From positions 1 through 26,986 of the IMG/VR virus record IMGVR_UViG_3300035134_000016: a stretch of 26,986 bases of DNA; one strand, given 5' to 3'. A program made the translations under genes and the position numbers. Under the pieces are notes generated by a model. The model worked only from the letters and a program-made list of their open reading frames with translations, did no database searches and was not told where the DNA came from. This document shows, piece after piece, positions 24,904 to 26,986 of the stretch. The stretch's first letter is position 1, and each line of letters starts with the position of its first letter. The DNA comes from a virus (taxonomy: Duplodnaviria; Caudoviricetes).

Positions 24904-25439
24904 TTAAAGCAGAGGATTGCAGCTGCGTGGTGATAGATCCTTCACTGCGTAGCACAGGGGTCCTGCTGTGGGATCACGGCGACATGGAAACTTACGCAAT
25001 CCAGCGCAAGGAAGACCGCTTGCAAGTGCTCGGCTATTATGTCCGACACTTCGCCGCTCTGGCAAAAGAAAAACCGTGGAACTTTTTATGCATCGAAGAT
25101 TATTCTTTTTCGAGTAAAGGGCGCGCGGTTACAGGGCAAGCGGAAATTGGAGGAATAATCCGATCATGCTTTGTTGCTCGACATGTACCAGTCATTGAAA
25201 TGCCTATACAGGCATGGAAAAAAGTCACAGGATTAAGACTGTCAAAAAAAACGGTAAGAGATCGTACAGAGTACATCAATGCAGTGCGTAGCGTAACTGG
25301 ACTGACAGCTGAGACATCTGACGAGGCTGATACTTTTCTGATCTGGCATACACTGGTTAAAATGTCTCGCGGGTTGGATGGTACACAAGCTGGACCCAGG
25401 CTGCGGTGCATACTGGAATCAATAGGAGTGCAGCTATGA
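24900..25439 (+). CDS. RuvC-like Holliday junction resolvase
   Basis: IDPSLRSTG, CIEDY, AEIGGII, WKK and DEAD catalytic pattern. Confidence 0.85.
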   Translation: MIKAEDCSCVVIDPSLRSTGVLLWDHGDMETYAIQRKEDRLQVLGYYVRHFAALAKEKPWNFLCIEDYSFSSKGRAVTGQAEIGGIIRSCFVARHVPVIEMPIQAWKKVTGLRLSKKTVRDRTEYINAVRSVTGLTAETSDEADTFLIWHTLVKMSRGLDGTQAGPRLRCILESIGVQL

Positions 25440-25639
25440 CAAAATCACAACTGCAAGAGGGGATCGAACGCGGAGACCTTGACAAGGATGGTAAACCTAT
25501 TCAGTGCCCGAATTGCGGATCCAGGCAGATGTTTGACGAATCGGGGATTGATAAGGCCGGGCAAGTAGTTGAAAGGAAGCGTTACTGCATAAAATGCGGG
25601 ATGCTCGCAGGAACATGGGATCATGGGGCGTGGCTTTGA
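25436..25639 (+). CDS. Zn-ribbon protein
   Basis: CPNC and CIKC; ATGA overlap at 25436. Confidence 0.7.
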   Translation: MTKSQLQEGIERGDLDKDGKPIQCPNCGSRQMFDESGIDKAGQVVERKRYCIKCGMLAGTWDHGAWL

Positions 25640-25932
25640 CGGACCGTGAGCGTTTTAATCTTGCTGAATTAAAAAAAGAGCTATTTAGACGATGCGATTA
25701 TACGTGTGCAGTCTGCGGCGGATCGATCTATCAGTACGGTACTCCGCAGCTGGCACATCGCATTGCGCAGACAGAAAGCAACATAAAAAAATACGGTAAA
25801 AAAGTAATTCATCACAAAAAAAATCTTGTGTCCGTTTGTTGTCTCGCGTGTAATGACGCTTGCAACATCGGGCACAAACTTGCAGATGCAGACAGACTTG
25901 CGGCAGAGATAATGCAGGAGGTAGCGAAATGA
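25636..25932 (+). CDS. HNH endonuclease-like protein
   Basis: YTCAVCG, LAHRI and NLVSVC...CN; TTG start overlapping the previous stop. Confidence 0.75.
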   Translation: MTDRERFNLAELKKELFRRCDYTCAVCGGSIYQYGTPQLAHRIAQTESNIKKYGKKVIHHKKNLVSVCCLACNDACNIGHKLADADRLAAEIMQEVAK

Positions 25933-26345
25933 AAAACATGATGCGTAAGAAAGATGACTGTTACAGGTGTTGCGTGGCAGAATTGTTGGATATGCCTTAT
26001 GAAAATGTGCCTGATTTTTTTGGGGCCGAGATAGAAAATAAGTATACCCGTGTTCAGATTTTTAAGAGGGTGGCAGAATGGTTTGAAGGGAGAGGGTTGA
26101 CGTGTATAGGCATACCCTGTACGTCAGATGCTTTTGTAAATGGGTTATGGGTAGGCCACAATATGGGACTGATAGGCATTCTGAAACATGAAGATGAAGA
26201 AAATGGGCATGCCGTAGTAATGAGGACAATGGACTGTGGCGCTACATGGGACATACTGGACCCAAGCCGTGAGCCACACCATCATTTTCACGATCTGTGC
26301 GCCATAGAAGTTTTCCAACCGATAAAAATAAATAAAAACTATTGA
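25929..26345 (+). CDS. hypothetical protein, papain/C39-peptidase-like fold
   Basis: DCYRCCVAELL...VPDF, HAVV and ILDP give a Cys-His-Asp order; ATG 25929 after AGGAGG. Confidence 0.6.
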   Translation: MKNMMRKKDDCYRCCVAELLDMPYENVPDFFGAEIENKYTRVQIFKRVAEWFEGRGLTCIGIPCTSDAFVNGLWVGHNMGLIGILKHEDEENGHAVVMRTMDCGATWDILDPSREPHHHFHDLCAIEVFQPIKINKNY

Positions 26346-26386
26346 CATTTATTTATTTTATGCTATACTACTTATAGATCAAAGAG
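26342..26386 (+). promoter_or_regulatory. third copy of the early promoter element
   Basis: TTGACA-16nt-TATACT; 26361-26386 is identical to 20632-20657. Confidence 0.88.
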
Positions 26387-26547
26387 GAACGGGAGTATAT
26401 AAAACTGTAAATATGGCCCGTATGGGCTATAAAATAAACTGGGTGCCGGGGAGTACGGGGCACGGTCTTATATGCGTTTGTTTTAATGAGCCCTAACCGC
26501 TTGGGGGCCAAGCCGCCGGAAGGCAACGCGGGTAAAAGCGGTAACAT

Positions 26548-26619
26548 GGTTCCGTGGTAAATCTGGTAACCGCTGTATTATCGATTGCAGTGATGTGGGT
26601 TCGAATCCCGCCGGAACCT
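26548..26619 (+). tRNA. tRNA-like element with 8-nt anticodon loop (undetermined isotype or pseudo-tRNA)
   Basis: Acceptor GGTTCCG/CGGAACC, T-arm GTGGG-TTCGAAT-CCCGC, anticodon stem CTGTA/TGCAG with loop TTATCGAT, weak D-arm with GG, no encoded CCA. Confidence 0.7.
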
Positions 26620-26643
26620 TTCTACAAACAATAAGGGGGTATT

Positions 26644-26958
26644 ATGAAACTGGTTGCAGTATTAATGGCGCTGTCACTAGCGGCGTCAGGGTTCGCGGAA
26701 AGCGCGACAATCAAGAAGGCTCAAGAAAACATTGAGCAGCAGAGACAGGTAAATCAAAATATCGTCTCTGCTGTAAAGGACTCAGATCAAAGTCTGGATG
26801 ATCTTTCTGCAATGCTGAAAAAGGTTGCCGCGGAAGATGCGGCTTGTCGTAGGAGTGTTGCAACGTCGTGCACGCTGTGTTTCATCGCAGGCGTTGTCAT
26901 TGGTGGTGTTGCGGTGGGAGCCGTAACGACGTCGGAATGGGTGAGCCCGCAGTGGTAA
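26644..26958 (+). CDS. exported/membrane protein (signal peptide, coiled coil, C-terminal TM)
   Basis: RBS AAGGGGGT; MKLVAVLMALSLAASGFA signal; FIAGVVIGGVAVGAV TM. Confidence 0.75.
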   Translation: MKLVAVLMALSLAASGFAESATIKKAQENIEQQRQVNQNIVSAVKDSDQSLDDLSAMLKKVAAEDAACRRSVATSCTLCFIAGVVIGGVAVGAVTTSEWVSPQW

Positions 26959-26986
26959 GGAGAGAAGTTTGAAGAAACAGTATGCG

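Noticed and set aside
26620-26643. Theta/HDV-like ribozyme 3' of the tRNA
   Set aside because: Only 24 A-rich nt containing an RBS follow; there is no room or pairing for the nested pseudoknot.

Overview
This 27-kb window is a segment of a tailed dsDNA phage or prophage of siphovirus type. From left to right it holds five parts. (i) A + strand late operon: 3' end of a probable major capsid gene, Listeria A118-like head-completion and tail genes, tape measure protein, tail-tip and fibre genes, and a lysis cassette (amidase, 2-TM holin, and a fully overlapped lipoprotein/membrane-protein pair resembling spanins), ending at a terminator at about 13.5 kb. (ii) A - strand early region: Rad52-like annealase, YqaJ/lambda exonuclease, SSB, MazG-like and NinB-like genes, a DUF1861/GT108-like beta-1,2-mannosyltransferase/phosphorylase, and a separately promoted unit of a DenV-like gene plus a C5 DNA methyltransferase. 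(iii) A divergent control region at 20.4-20.66 kb made of two near-identical inverted promoters, with no recognisable repressor gene beside them. (iv) A + strand early/replication region: GNAT acetyltransferase, small ORFs, an initiator with internal iterons preceded by a kissing-loop leader RNA, DnaC-like loader, RuvC-like resolvase and HNH nuclease. (v) A third copy of the promoter element driving a structured leader, a tRNA-like element with an 8-nt anticodon loop, and a membrane protein. No integrase, terminase or portal is in the window. The host is probably diderm (spirochaete-like SSB, spanin-like pair); this is inference. All family assignments come from motif recognition by eye, and no database search was run.
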